DNA of 64,000 nt from Eledone cirrhosa (GCA_964016885.1 OZ024743.1:311426001-311490000), one strand, 5' to 3'. Positions 32,998 to 46,517 are shown, counted from the first letter of the stretch. Numbers and translations: made by a program. Notes: generated from the sequence alone by a model not told the origin.

Positions 32998-34810
32998 TGG
33001 CCTACCTGTCAAATGGAGCCCCGAGCATGCTCCTTGCTGATGATACGGTCATACCTTCGGCTACTGGGGTCCAACAGGACGACCCTTTGGGACCCCTCCT
33101 GTTTTCCCTTGGTATTGACCACATCGCCCGGAGTATCACGGCCCCTCTAAACGTTTGGTATCTGGGTGATGCTACGTACGGACGGTCTGCCATGACCTTC
33201 AATCAGTGGTTCCTGCCCTGGAGGGAATCGGCCTCCAGGTCAACTCGGCCAAGTCGGATGTGGTTAACGTCAGCCTCGATGCTGCGAGCTTTGCAGTCTC
33301 CGTCTTGAACGTGCGGTCCATTCTCCGCTAGGTTCAGGTAACCCCCAAAGAGGATGTCCTCATCCTCGGGTCACCGATCCTCCCGCCGGCCATCCGCTCC
33401 ACCATCAGGTCCAGGCTTCAACAGCTGCAGACTCTCACGAGCCGACTGGGCTTGAGTGACGGCCACCCAGCTCTCTTTCTGCTGAGGAACTGCTTCGCCA
33501 TGCCGAAGCTCCTCTATACACTCCGCAGCGCTCCATGCTACACCCATACATCTCTCCTCGCTGACCTCGAAACGTGTATCCGAACAGCAGCCGAGGGGAT
33601 ATGCAACGTCAAGTTTGACGACATAGGGTGGCAACAGGCCACTTTACCTGTCAGGTATGGCGGCCTTGGCCTCCGGTCCCCGATCTCACTAGCTTTGCCG
33701 GCGTATCTTTCGTCGGTAACCTCGTGCCGCGTCCTCGTCAGCAGGGTTCTTCAAAACACAACGGAACCCTCTGTGTTCAGAGAACGTGAGGCCGCCTGTG
33801 AGACGTGGGACCGGCTGGAACTTACCCCAGTAGACCTCCCTCCTCCTTCTCCCCCTGTTGATGTCAAGTCCCCCCAATGCAGTTGGGATGCCATCCAGTG
33901 CAACCTGGCCTCAGACAGGCTCACGCGCCAGCTCGACCAACACCGCCTTGCTTGTTTTCGTGCGGCCTCCAAACCCCTCAGTGGTGCCTGGCTCCATGCC
34001 CTGCCCTCCTTCTTTACTGGCACGCAGCTAGACAACCATAGCCTGCGCATCGGCGTTTCCCTGAGGCTCGGCCTCCGGATCTGCCAGCCACACCAATGTC
34101 GCTGCGGTTCCATCGTGGACTCTTTCGGCCTCCACCCGCTTTCCTGTCGCCACAGTGCCGGCGGCATTCCACGCCATGCTGACCTCAACGAGGTCATTAA
34201 GCATGGCTTGTACGCTGCAGGCTTCCCTTCTCAGCTCGAGCTGGTGGGGCTGGATCGAGCGGACGGCAAAAGGGTAGATGGCATGACCATCTTCCCGTTC
34301 CCCGGTGGAAAACCCCTCGTCAGGGATGCCACTTGCACCGACACTTTCTGCATCCGCAACCTGGTGCAGTCTGCGACTGACCCAGGTTCTGCTGCACGTC
34401 AGGCTGAGGGGGCCAAACTCCTCAAATACCGGTCGCTCTCCGACAGGTTTGCAGTCGTACCTCTGGCAGTGGAGACTTCTGGTGTCCTCGGCCCCAAGGC
34501 TACCTCCTTACTCACCACCATAGGCGCTGAGCTGGCCAGCCGCAGGTGTGATCCCCGCGAGTTGGAGTGGCTTTTCCAGCGCCTCTCTCTTGCCGTCCTC
34601 CGGGGAAACGCCTTCTCCATTCTGTCCGCTGGGGCTGCGGGTGGGCCCCATCGCGTACCGTTGTAGTTGTTGTATACAAATATTAACTCATCAATCCCAT
34701 TGTCCTAAGTTTACTGACTTTAAATGTTGCACTTTAGCCACACAATCTTCACCGTTAAATACTGTAAGATATTGGTGTAATAAATATTTCAGAAATTAAA
34801 AAAAAAAAAA
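32998..34810 (+). mobile_element. 5'-truncated CRE-clade non-LTR retrotransposon (RT remnant + restriction-like endonuclease)
   Basis: GVQQDDPLGPLLF and WYLGD (decayed RT); CRCG..HPLSC, RHADLN, DGKRVDG, DATCTDT, LSLAVLRGNA (RLE domain) in 33452..34666; AATAAA at 34779 and A13 tail. Confidence 0.85.
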
Positions 34811-35147
34811 GAGAGAAACAGTAACAAAACAGCGAAAAAAAACACAAACCGAGCAATGTGCGAGCAACTATAGGTAGGAAATCTAAGACCACTCGATAAT
34901 AGAACTTAAGTTCGAGACCGAGTAATCGAGAGAAAAGACACACGTCCGATCGCCGCAGTTGTAAGTGAGAAGAGAACTGCTAAATGGTCAGACGAGGGGG
35001 TTGAAAGTGAGAGGGAGAAAGTGAGAGGAGGAAAGAGGGGTAAGAGTAGAAAGTGGCGAAATAGGAAGGTAGAAGGGGAGAGAAGAATGGTCACAGCGAA
35101 AAACATTATGAAATATATGGAGAATAGAAATGGCTGTGTAGTTGCTA

Positions 35148-35241
35148 ACCTTGGCGGGATTTGAACTCAACGTAAAGGGACGTCACTCTGTGCCCTAAAG
35201 CATTTTGGCCGGCGCTCTACCGATATTGCCAATCCACCGCC
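35148..35241 (-). mobile_element. SINE family A, head only
   Basis: GGGATTTGAACTC and TGCCAATCCACCGCC. Confidence 0.75.
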
Positions 35242-36362
35242 ACTCGTCTATATATAATAAATGTATAACGTTGTGTTTAAGTAATACGTCTTTAATTTAC
35301 AACTATTCTATAAGAGTGAACAGAGGCATGGCTGCTGAGTTAAGACGTTTACTTCGCCTTGTGTGACATCTTGGACAAATGTCTTTACCATCACCTTCGT
35401 TTAACCGAAGATTTGTGGAGTAGAATGAATTGTAGCTGTAATTCAAAACGCTCAGCCATATAACATATCGTGTCAGGCTGATTCTGATTGAAAATCATGT
35501 AAATTGTACACACGTTAATTGTCTGTGGAATACTCAACCACTCATACGTTTATTCATGAAAGTTCATCGGCGAAACCGGCGGCGGATACACCAGTCTTTA
35601 CAAATGCTTTCTACCTCTATACGTACTAGTTCAATTTTGCCTTTTATCCCTGCGGCGTTTAATATATAAACTACCACTCACGAACTGTGACTCAATAATC
35701 AAGGAGTCTTCAATGATACCTAATCAAGGAACGAGGCCAGCAATTTGGTGGAAGGAGAAATTCGATTAAATTGACCCCAGTATTTGACTGATTCATTATT
35801 TTATCAACCCCGGGAAAATGAAAGGCAAAGGTGACCTCGGCATGATTTGAACTCAGAACGTAAAGAGCTGGAACAAATCAATTGGAGACTGTTGGTTCTG
35901 ACAGGACCCACTGGAAGGACTGTTTGAGGACTCTGTCCCAACGATCTTCCCGGGAGTACTGGACGAAGAATAAAAAGAAGAAGAAGACGATATGAGTGGA
36001 CAAAGGCATGACTGGGTGATCAAGAAGTTTGCCTTTCTATCACACCGCAATCAATTTCATCTTTTATCATTCCGGCATCTATAACATATAGTACCAATCA
36101 AGTATTTAGGTTTATTTAATCGATTAATCTCTCCTTCTAAATTTCTGACGTTGTACTTAAGTTAAAAACGATAATGTGGTATGTTAAATGCTATAGATAG
36201 CACAACCGATAGTACACAGGGTAAAATACATTGCTTTGTATATAAGTATGTTTCTTAATATTGTATTCTAAAACTTCTGTCAAATTTGTCATTCACCAAA
36301 CCGGGGTTAATAAATTAGATAACAGTCACGTAACGAACTCTATGCCAAAATGTTAGCGATCT

Positions 36363-36606
36363 GTTAACCATTTCATAGCTATATTTTAAAATGAAATATT
36401 CCAGTTGATCTTGAAGAAAATAAAGAATTTAAAGTGATTTAGAAAAATATTTCGCTTTTGATTAATTATAGTTGTATATAATTAAATAAAGGTTTTCACA
36501 TAAAGTTATGATGAATTGCTTTTAATTTGAATATGAACATTTCATACTGATGCTTTTGTCTTATAGAACCAGAGGCAGTTTTGGGTGGGCTGATATCAAA
36601 AGGTTA
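36363..36606. mobile_element. Old piggyBac-type MITE
   Basis: TTAA-CCATTT ... AAAAGG-TTAA ends; related internal sequence and AAAGGGTTA ends at ~22230-22451 and ~54385-54611. Confidence 0.5.
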
Positions 36607-37064
36607 AGTTTGATAATTATTGTTTTGATCTATAAACAATCAGAGATACTTACATCGTATTTAGTTTAGAAAATAACATAAAAATACTTGTTTGTGTTAT
36701 ATTATTACATAATGCAACAGTGTTTTAAGGCTATGTTTAGGAAGGTTTAACCTTCCTGACTCCATACGTTTCAAGCTCATTATGGGGTCCTTTATGAAGC
36801 AATGTTTTGCGACCGGGCGTCCCACCTGGTGCCAACTTTTTTAGTGACTCACGTGACACTCAGGAATACGGTGTACCTACTCTAAGCCGAATACACATAA
36901 CAATTATAACTATATAATAATATAACATAATAGACAAAGAAAACTGATATTTTGTTATTTAGATTAGTTTAGTTTAAATCACTTCCTCAAATTTTATGGT
37001 TTCGACCCTGTTAAAAATCGTTATTCCCCGGTAATGAGCCGCGGTCGATCGAGCGAATCGATCG

Positions 37065-37295
37065 ACAAGATCCCAGACCTCATTCGCTTACCGAGTGGGG
37101 TGTAACTCGTCAAATCGGATAATATTTCCATTGGTCTTTCTATTGCTTGATACTGTCTACTGGTCGCAATTCCTGATAAAAGGAGCAACGTGGAATAACG
37201 TGTGTTGCACAAGGACATAACGCGTCACTCGGTCTGGGAATCGAACTCGCAACCTCACATTTGCAAATCCAATTATCTAACCACTAATCCACGGA
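37065..37295 (-). mobile_element. tRNA-derived SINE family with CTTGAGCAAGACAC-type domain
   Basis: GGAATCGAACTC B box and CAAGGACATAAC; homologous to 41005-41195 and 47420-47640 (-); related heads at ~39260, 40350, 43645, 47140, 51925. Confidence 0.7.
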
Positions 37296-37904
37296 CTAAA
37301 TACATAGTAACAATTAGTTTTGATTCTGAGTTCAAATGCCACATATTTAGGGGACTTGACCAATAAATTTACTGCTAGTCATGTAGTACGTTTGATTCAA
37401 TAACCTTCACCACTAAAGTGTAGCTTATATGTACTTGTTTTCGAAAAATCTTTCTTTCCATTAAAAGACTGCTCAAATATACAATTTTGCATATTGTGTT
37501 AAATATAAAACAATAGTCTTATTAATATAAGACCAGTGTTTTAAACAGTGTTTTGTTTCGAATAAAATTAGGAAATTACTTATGTATTGAACATTCTATT
37601 ACAATAAATTAACAATAATTTTCTCAGAAATTTGAGGGAAAAGTATAATCGAGTAAATAGACCTCAGTTCTTGTGTGGTAGCTTATTTCATATCGACTCT
37701 GGAAGGAAGTAAAGAAAGATTCACTATAACTAGATTCGAACTTGTACGTAAAGATCCGGAATACGTTCTTATGAAATTATAGATCCTACGTCGATTTTGA
37801 CGATGAGCATCCAGCTGGTCATCACCCGAATCTCCGAATCATGAATTAACGTGTAAATTGGTTGAGTATTGCACTGATACGTTTAAAGTTAAAGGTAAAG
37901 ATGG

Positions 37905-38235
37905 GTATGGTATGGTATGGTATGGTCCCGTAACACATGATGGTGTCGTAGGGACGACGTAGTGACATACAGCGTTTCTTGGACATTTTAAGCCCGATGG
38001 AACTCATCCCTCTCCCGGTCTGAACACAGTAAATTTCTTCCAGAGAAAGACTGGGAGTAAGAGAGAGAAAATGAAAAGGGGACATACAGAAAGAATTGAC
38101 TCCAGTACTGGACTGGTACTTTTTTATCGACCTCGAAAGAATGAAAGGCAAAGTTGAACTAAGAGAGCAGAGAACCGGAACGAATATCGTAGATCATCCT
38201 ATCCGACGTTCTAACGACTCTGCCCATTCGGCGCC
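37905..38235 (-). mobile_element. SINE with family-A head and alternative 3' module ending in (CCATA)n
   Basis: Shares the GTACCAG/GTCGATAAA body; tail module also at ~46030-46310, ~53090-53360 (-) and ~54825-55015 (+). Confidence 0.6.
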
Positions 38236-38329
38236 TATAAAGGTAAGCTAAACCCGAGTAAATTTGATCTGTTTGGAACTAAATAGCATAAGGCATTTTA
38301 TTCGACTTTAACGATTCTGATAAAAAAAA

Positions 38330-38507
38330 ATAATTGTTTCTACTTTTGGCACAAGGTCAGCAATTATCCAGTACATTACTGGTACTTTATTTTATCGACC
38401 CCGTAAGGATGAAAGGCAAGTTAACCTCGACGGGATTTGAACTCAGACCGTAAAGGGACGTAACTATGGTGGAAAGCATGGCGTCCGACTCTCTACCGAT
38501 ACTGCCA
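38330..38507 (-). mobile_element. SINE family A
   Basis: Full match to the family consensus. Confidence 0.85.
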
Positions 38508-39720
38508 AAAATAATGATTATTTTTTATTTCATACAATTGCACAAAGTCTCATATTGTGGGAGAAATTATAAAATGATTGGGTCGTCAAGTATGAAATTT
38601 CTAGAAAAAACAAATATCTACAAATTTTATACTTGACGACCCAATAATTGAACAGTTCCCAGTATTCAACTTAGGGAAAATAATAGGTAAAATCAAAACC
38701 TGTAGGATTTCAACGCAGAGCAATTACAGTTTGATTTGTAGTGTCTATTAAATTATGTTTACGATTTACAAAAGAAACAGATCAATTACATACAACAGAG
38801 AATGCTGGTGTGGCCTTCCAGAAAGTGTTTAGGCAAGCCAAAATACTCACACTTACAGCATAGCACAGATGATGGTGAGACTGAGGCGTTGGGATAGCTA
38901 AGCACCCTCCCGAGTATCACCTGATGTTTTAGTAAAGCGAACCGCCAACAATGCAAAAATTTTGTTTTAACTGCCTAGGTCTCCGAATGTTTCGAATACA
39001 TCGGGCTGGAAGATATAGTTTAATAGCACACCTCCCTTCCTCGGTCATGACTTAGTTTGGTTTACACATCGAAAGTTCCACCCCAAGATACGAACCAAAG
39101 CAAGGTATATTGTGGAAGGCCAACAGTAGCATATACATGCCAATCTCTTTCTCCAGACCACCGATGTTGTCCAAGGGAAACGCAATGGCCAAATACAGTT
39201 TGGTACCAGTATCGTCGCAACTCATTTTGTCTAGCTATATGGACTGGAACAGGAGGAAATAAAGTGTCTTTCTCAAGGACACTACGGACTGTCCGATCCA
39301 GTCTGGTAGTCAGGTTCACAACTTTTTGATCGTGAACGCACCACTCTAACCACTAGGCCATGACATTTCAGTAGTTTATTCCGTTCAAAAACAGATTCAA
39401 TCACACCCTGCTTCATCACAGAACACAAGAAAAAGATATATGGTGTAAGATAATTATGAATTACAGTTCTATTGATTTTGTCGTTTTATTATTTTCTCAT
39501 CTATCTATAAAGGCGAACAACATGCTTAGCGACATAGAGTTACGGCCCTTTACGTTCTGAGTTCAAATCCCACCCAGGTTATAGTTGCTTTTCATCCTTA
39601 CGATGTCGATAAATTTCGTTGTCAAAATAAATCAAGCGAGGAAATCGTTATTATTATGCTGTCTCCTTCCTCAGAAGTTTCACCTTGTGCCTATACTAAA
39701 CGTTATAAATAAAAGTAATA

Positions 39721-39940
39721 GGGCGGTCGGTTGGCAGTATCGGTAGAGTGTCGGGCAACATGCTTTGTGGCATTGAGTTTCAGCGCTTTACGTTCAGAGT
39801 TCAAATCTCGCTGAGGTTAGCTTTGCCTTTCATCCTTACGATGTCGATAAAATAGAGTACCTGTAACGCACTGGGTTGATTTAATCGACTTTCCCCGACC
39901 CAAAATTGTTGACCTTATGCCTATACTAGAAACCATTATA
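39721..39940 (+). mobile_element. SINE family A (longer variant); a second decayed copy precedes it at ~39520-39705
   Basis: A/B boxes and tail CCTTATGCCTATACTAGAAACCATTAT. Confidence 0.8.
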
Positions 39941-40908
39941 AATGAAAATAATAAAATACACCTGGTGGCAATAACCAATATACACAAGACAATACATTTA
40001 CAGTGTGGTTTGAACGTTTCGATTCATTCCGGATTTCTGCGTCTCATTATTTCAACGTCGATAAATAAAGTACCAATCCAGTACTGCAGTTGATTCTCTC
40101 CTCTCTATCTCTTGCTCTCTGTCTATCTATCTATCTATCTATGTATCTATCTCAACAACAAAAAATTATACCTATAGTGGAATGGAGAATGGACTCTACA
40201 AGATTTTATTCAAATATACCCCAAATACACCGAATGTTATGACATCATCACTACGACTCTATTAGTAGTTCGGTGACCATCAATGAATTAGTGGGATTAT
40301 ATATACAAACAGCAGGCACAACATTCAATAGAAAAATTAACGTGGGACTAGTGACAAGTGTTAACGATCATAATGTAGTGGGTTCGACTCCTGGACTGGG
40401 TTATTTGATATGTTCTTGAGCAAAACGCTTTATATCACTTTGTTCCAGTATACTCAAATAAAAATGAGTACCAGCAATAGCTGGGGGTTTAACCCTGCGA
40501 TGAACAGGCATCCTGTCTGGGGGAGGATCGTGTACTCTAAGTTGTTTAACGCCATGGAAACCAGGATAAGCACCGGCCTGGTGAACCTATGGGCAAGAGA
40601 GAAACTTTAAACATATATCTGCGCCACAGTTTCACAGACGTAGCTGTCTCAATGTACTTGTTACTAAAACGCTTGAGGAAAATAGTGAACAGCACACGTT
40701 ACCATTTTCACGACCTTTATAGGACAGGGATTTTGTACGTCTATCAGAAATCATTCGCAATACTTGGGAAACATATCAACCTATCGTTTGTTTTTCTGTA
40801 TATGTCTGCTCATTTTTTTACGTTAAAAAAAAGTGTCAATGTATTTATTTGTACTGCGGGTATATGTTTGTAATGGGGCGATTACACGTGTATATAAACA
40901 AACACACT

Positions 40909-40916
<8 letters not shown>

Positions 40917-40997
<81 letters not shown>
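40917..40997. repeat. (CA)n microsatellite
   Basis: Direct reading. Confidence 0.97.
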
Positions 40998-40999
<2 letters not shown>

Positions 41000-41192
41000 C
41001 TTTCGTTAAATCGGATCGAGGAAACAATGTTTCCCTTGGTTTTTCCAATTGCTAATACTATCTATCGGTCACCACTCCAGGTAGAAGAAACAACGTGTCT
41101 TGCTCAAGGACATAACGCATCGCCGGGTCCAGGAATCGAACTCACAACCTCACGATTGCGAATCCAATTCTCTTTCCACTCAGCCACGTGCC

Positions 41193-41240
<48 letters not shown>

Positions 41241-41840
41241 GTAATAATAATAAATTTGACGACTAAAATCCAAAGAGGGCTCGATAAGGATAAATATATA
41301 TCAAATATATAAGAACCCTAGAGCAAATATTTATTAAAATAACAGATTAAAGTTTAAGCAAAGAATCGTTCAGGGTGAAAGCAGCGATTCTTTGCTTAAA
41401 CTTTAATCTGTTATTTTAATAAATATATATATATATAAAAAAATATATATATATATTGTTATTGTTATTATTACTATTATCAGTATTGACACTATTTATG
41501 CCCTACAGAAATAAATCTTTTCTATGTAAAAGTTAGTTGAATAATGGTTAATATAAATATATAATTTCTACTAATATATATATTAAAAACATAAGAAAAA
41601 TGAATTCACAAAATTATCGTAAAATAGGTGGAATGTAATGGTGACGTCTCCATCATAATTTTACGACGAAGATATGATTGTGAGGTTAAGGAGTTCACCT
41701 CGCAGTCACACTGATCTGCATTTAGCCCAACTGTGTGGTATCTTGGGTTGACGTGAAATTTGGTTGATGGAGACTGCTGAAACCAGTCATGAGTATATAT
41801 ATATATATATATTCATTTTATTAAGCTAAATATTGAGTCT

Positions 41841-41884
41841 TGTTACTCTGGAGTTTCGCCTGTTTATCACAGGATCATCAGACA
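41841..41884 (-). ncRNA. Hammerhead ribozyme motif
   Basis: Minus strand TGT-CTGATGA-T-CCTG(TGATAAA)CAGG-C-GAAA-CTCCAGAG-TA-ACA; helix I only 3 bp. Confidence 0.6.
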
Positions 41885-42103
41885 TATATTTCTGGGAGTG
41901 ATATGTGTGTATGTGAGTTTCTATGTTTACGTTTGTGTTTCTTTCTGTCCCGTATCTTAGCGGTAAAATAATTACTAGAGTCCATATGATCAACTAAAAT
42001 CAAAGCAGTAGCCAAATATTCAAATAGTGCCGCAATCTTATATATATATATATATATATATGGAGGGGGAGTGTATATATGTGTAATTTATGTGTGCGTA
42101 TGT

Positions 42104-42150
<47 letters not shown>

Positions 42151-43134
42151 TGGGGAGTGTATATGTGTGTAATTTATGTGTGTATGTATTATAAATATAT
42201 ATATATTTATGTATATATATATATTTCACAGAACTGCGTCGTGATCGTTATATATTATATATCGATCTCTTTTGATATATATATATTATATATTCATCTA
42301 GAGAGAGAGATTCATCTATATATATATATATATATCAGTATCTACTTATAAATATATAGGGTAACATTTGTATACAAAAAGTGTTCTTCTTGGAAAAAAT
42401 ATTCTTACCGTTCCATAACGCCTGATATTTGTGTTATTATTTTTTTCTTTAAAAAAAAACGAGGAAGCGCTCCTTTGTTGTTTCGATGTGAGAACGGCAC
42501 CAAATGTGCTGAACAGATGTTCGTTGGTTTCAAGATTTCATTTCACTGGTTTAAAAGGCTTCTAGTAGCTGACTGATATTTGTGTTCAATGACCACAACG
42601 ACGATATGATATGTTGTTCTCCTCTGACCACGTCATCAAGGCCATTCCTGGCTGACCACTAACTGTTGACTAGTGGACGGGGAAGGTAAAAGGGGAGCAA
42701 AAGTTATTGTTGACAATTGCTCTTCTTTGTATACAATGTTGAAATGGGTGTGTTCAGGACTTGATGGGGCGGAGAAGAGCACATCCTTAGCAAATAACCA
42801 TAGTTTCTCATCTTTTCATCCTTTGTTGTTCTGTTTCTTTTTTTTTTTTAAGTATTCTAACAACAACAACAAAATATCGAAAACCAAACAAAATAAACAA
42901 AATAAAACATTATTCTATAAATAGCTAAATAAAAGCAATTTTTTTTTAAATCAAAACAACTAATTTTATTTTATTCAATTTTATGTTTACAAACAGAAAG
43001 AGAGGAAGAAAGAAAGACAAAATAAATAAAGGAGAGGGAGAAACTGCCTTGTTTCGACAGAACAAAATGGATACAAATTAAGAGAAGAAAAACAGATATT
43101 TTACCTCATCTATTTGAGTATATTAATCCATAGA

Positions 43135-43597
43135 AGTGTTTGTATGTGTGGGTGTGTGTGAGTTTGTATACTGAGTGTTTGTATATGTGTAAATGTGTGA
43201 CCCTGCATATGTGTATGAGTGTTTGTATATGTATATGTGTGAGTGTTTGTATATGTGTAAGTGTGTGTGAGTGTTTGTATATGTATAAGTGTGAGAGTGT
43301 TCTCGTGTGTGTAAATGTGTGAGTGTTTGTATGTGAGTGTTTGTATATGCATAAATGTGCGAGTGTTTATATATATATATACAAGGGCGGTGCCCCAGCA
43401 TGACCTCAGCCGGATGGTTGGAACAAGTAAAAGAAGTAAAAGAGTAAATATATAAATGTGTGTGTGTTTGTATATGTGTAAGTGTGTGTGAGTGTTTGTG
43501 TATGTGTAAATGTAAGTGTTTATATATGCATAATTATTTGTGTGTGTTTGTATGTGTGTAGGTGTGAGTGAGTGTTTGTATATGTGTAAGTGTGTGA
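43135..43597. repeat. Degenerate GAGTGTTTGTATATGTGT minisatellite
   Basis: Recurrent ~20-28 bp units. Confidence 0.8.
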
Positions 43598-45289
43598 AGA
43601 ATGGTATAACTTAATGTTTATGTTATATTTTGTATGTGAAGATGCGAGGTGGCTTAATGGTTATGATGTTCACTGAAAGGTTGTAAATTCGATTCAAGGC
43701 GGCGCGTTATGTCCTTGAGCAAGGCTTTTTATTTCACGTTGTTTCTACTCAGCAAAAATAAGTTGAACCTCTAATTTAGTGGGTTGTCCTTGTCACAATG
43801 TGTCACGATAAATCTCCCTGAAAACTATATTCAATGCACAAATGTTTGTAGAATGCTCTACCACTTTTCTATGTCCATAACAGTTTCAGTTTACACAGCT
43901 GTTTATACAAAACAAAGCACAATATTAACGGGAACAAAAAAAAAAGGAATTAAAAAGAAGAAATAAATAGACGAATCAAGCAGCGAAAGAAAGGGAGAGG
44001 GTAAGGAATAGACTTTACACCCCAGTCTAAGGAGTGCCTCAGCCGTGACTCACAGACAAAATGTCAAAGGCATAACTGCGGAGAATGGCCAGAGACATAC
44101 GCTGCAACAGCCAACCCACCCCACGGCGCTCCCTCCTCAAGCGGGTAGAAGAATACAAGATAGAGAAAGAAATGGAAAAAACGAAAAAAATAAGGAGGGG
44201 GTAGAAATGGGGTGGGGAACTCTACACCCTTGGCTGGATGGTAAATTTCACTTGCACCTTACTTTCACATTAACATGTGTGTTGGTGTAAATGTATGTGT
44301 GTTTGTATATTTGTCTATATGTATGTGTGTGTGAAGATGGCATAAGTTTGTATTCGTATTGTTGGTGTTACACATGTTAGCGCTGATATTTTTGTTGTTG
44401 ACTGTTTTATTTTTGTTTTTGCTATTTTTTTTATCGTATTCTTGCCTGATCTAAGGGCAGTGAATTGACAGTAATCGGTAGAGCGTCGGACATCATGTTT
44501 TGCGGTATATAGTTACATCCTGGATTTTTATTTTTTTAGATAATATATCAGATTATCTAAAGATTCTATTCAGGAACGATGAAAGTGTTGTTAAACATAT
44601 TTTACTAATTTATATTGACCATAAGTATTTTTCACAGAAGCATCTTCTTTTGTGGTCAGCTGATACATCTGATCGTCCACTCTGGGGAAGAAAATATCAG
44701 ACTGGCTGCGACCTCTTTGAAAGTATTTGATGGCATATAAGACTTCAATTAAGTAGAGAATATCAAATTGCCTTCTTGAGGCTATCAGCTATATCATTAC
44801 ATTTACTAAACTACACTTTACTGTAACAGTTACACCATTACAATATTATACCGTAATTAGTGAAGGTACTTGGTTTAGTGGTTAGGTGTACGGTCCATGT
44901 TCGTAAAGGCGCAAGTTCGAGTTATAGTGGTATTATGTTATTAAATGTGTTGATAGAAATGTGGATGGTAACGATTATAGTAGTAGTATAGGAGTAGTAG
45001 TAGTAGTAGTTTCATCTGATGATTACTAATTACAATGCGCTTCTGTAAAAAGGAATATCAAATCCTTCTTCTGAGAAGATCAGTATATATAAAAGAAATT
45101 ACTTAAATGAATAGCCAAACATTCACATATACAATCTGTTCACAAATTAGCTTCATCTTCTTCCTTCTATGTATAAAATAACCTTAGAGGAGTGAATCCC
45201 CAGTTCCGAACACAGAAGAGCCGAACTCCCACTGTCATCACCTCCATCTCTCTCACCCTCTATTATGAGCAAATGGAATCCCACGTGCT

Positions 45290-45825
45290 GGCCGCCCTAC
45301 GGCCCCGGCGGACAGAATGGAGAAGGCGTTTCCCCGGAGGATGGTAAAGGAGATGCGCTGGAAGAGCTATTCCATCTCGCGAGGCTCAAACCTGCGGCTG
45401 GCCAGCTTAGCGCCTATGGTGGTATGTAGGGAGGTAGCCTTAGGGCCAAGCACACAAGAAGTCTCCACTGCTAGGGGCCTGACTGCAAACCTGTCGGAGA
45501 ACGATCGATGCTTGGAGAGTTTACCCCTCCTCAGCCCGAAGTGCAGCAGGCCTTGGGTTAGTCGCCGACTGCACCAGGTTGACGCTGGAGAATGTGTCGC
45601 TGCACGTGGCATCCCAGACGAGGGGTTTACCACCGCGGAACGGGAAGATGGTCATACCGTCTGGCCTTTTGCCATCCCGTCGGTCCAGCCCCACCGGCTC
45701 GAGCTGAGAAGGGAAGCCTGCAGCATCCAAGCCATGCTTTATGACCTCGTTGAGGGCAGCATGGCGTGGAAGGCGACCGGCACTGTAGCGACAGGAAAGC
45801 GGGTGGAGGCCGAAAGTGTCCCCTA
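45290..45825 (-). pseudogene. CRE-clade RLE retrotransposon 3' fragment
   Basis: GFPSQLEPVGLDRRDGKRPDGMTIFPFRGGKPLVWDATCSDT, homologous to the 33452 ORF. Confidence 0.85.
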
Positions 45826-46336
45826 AAACGAAAACTTCAACTTCGCATATAAAATCAAAATTATAAGCTTTCGACTGTTTTGATAATTATAAAGAGGCTA
45901 ATAGACGTCGTAAACGTCGTCGACGCAAAGATGCAAGGTTTGCCAAAACATTCTATTAGGTCAAAAATAGGTTTATACGAATATAGTCATTTTAGAACAC
46001 ATAGATACGTTACTACTTATCTCATAACTCCCGAGGGAGTGGTAGGGGCACCGGATTAACATACGGCATTTCCAGGGCATTTTTAAACCTGGTGGAGCCC
46101 AATCACATATCCATGTCTAAATACATCAGATTTCTTCCAGAGAAAGAAAGAGAGTGAGAGAATGGAAGTGAGAATTAAATATAGAAGAAGAATCGACACC
46201 AGTATTTGACTGGTATTTTTTTTATCAACCTTCAATGGATGAAAGACAAAGTCGACCTCTATGTGATTTGAACACAGAAGAGAGCAGAGAGGTGAAACAA
46301 ATACCGCATAACATTTTAACCTTCATAGATACATTA

Positions 46337-46517
46337 GGCAGTATCGGTAGAGGGTTGGACGCCATGCTTTCTAGCATAGTTACCTCTCTTTACAGTCTGA
46401 GTTCAAATCCCGCCGAGGTTAACTTTGCCTTTCATCCTTACGGGGGTCGATAAAATAAAGTACCAGTAATGTACTGGGTAATTGCTGGCCTTGTGCCTAA
46501 AATAGAAACAATTATAT
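46337..46517 (+). mobile_element. SINE family A
   Basis: Full match to the family consensus. Confidence 0.85.

Noticed and set aside
38850-38925. Candidate minus-strand exon (CAG..GTAAGT)
   Set aside because: No polypyrimidine tract and no recognisable peptide
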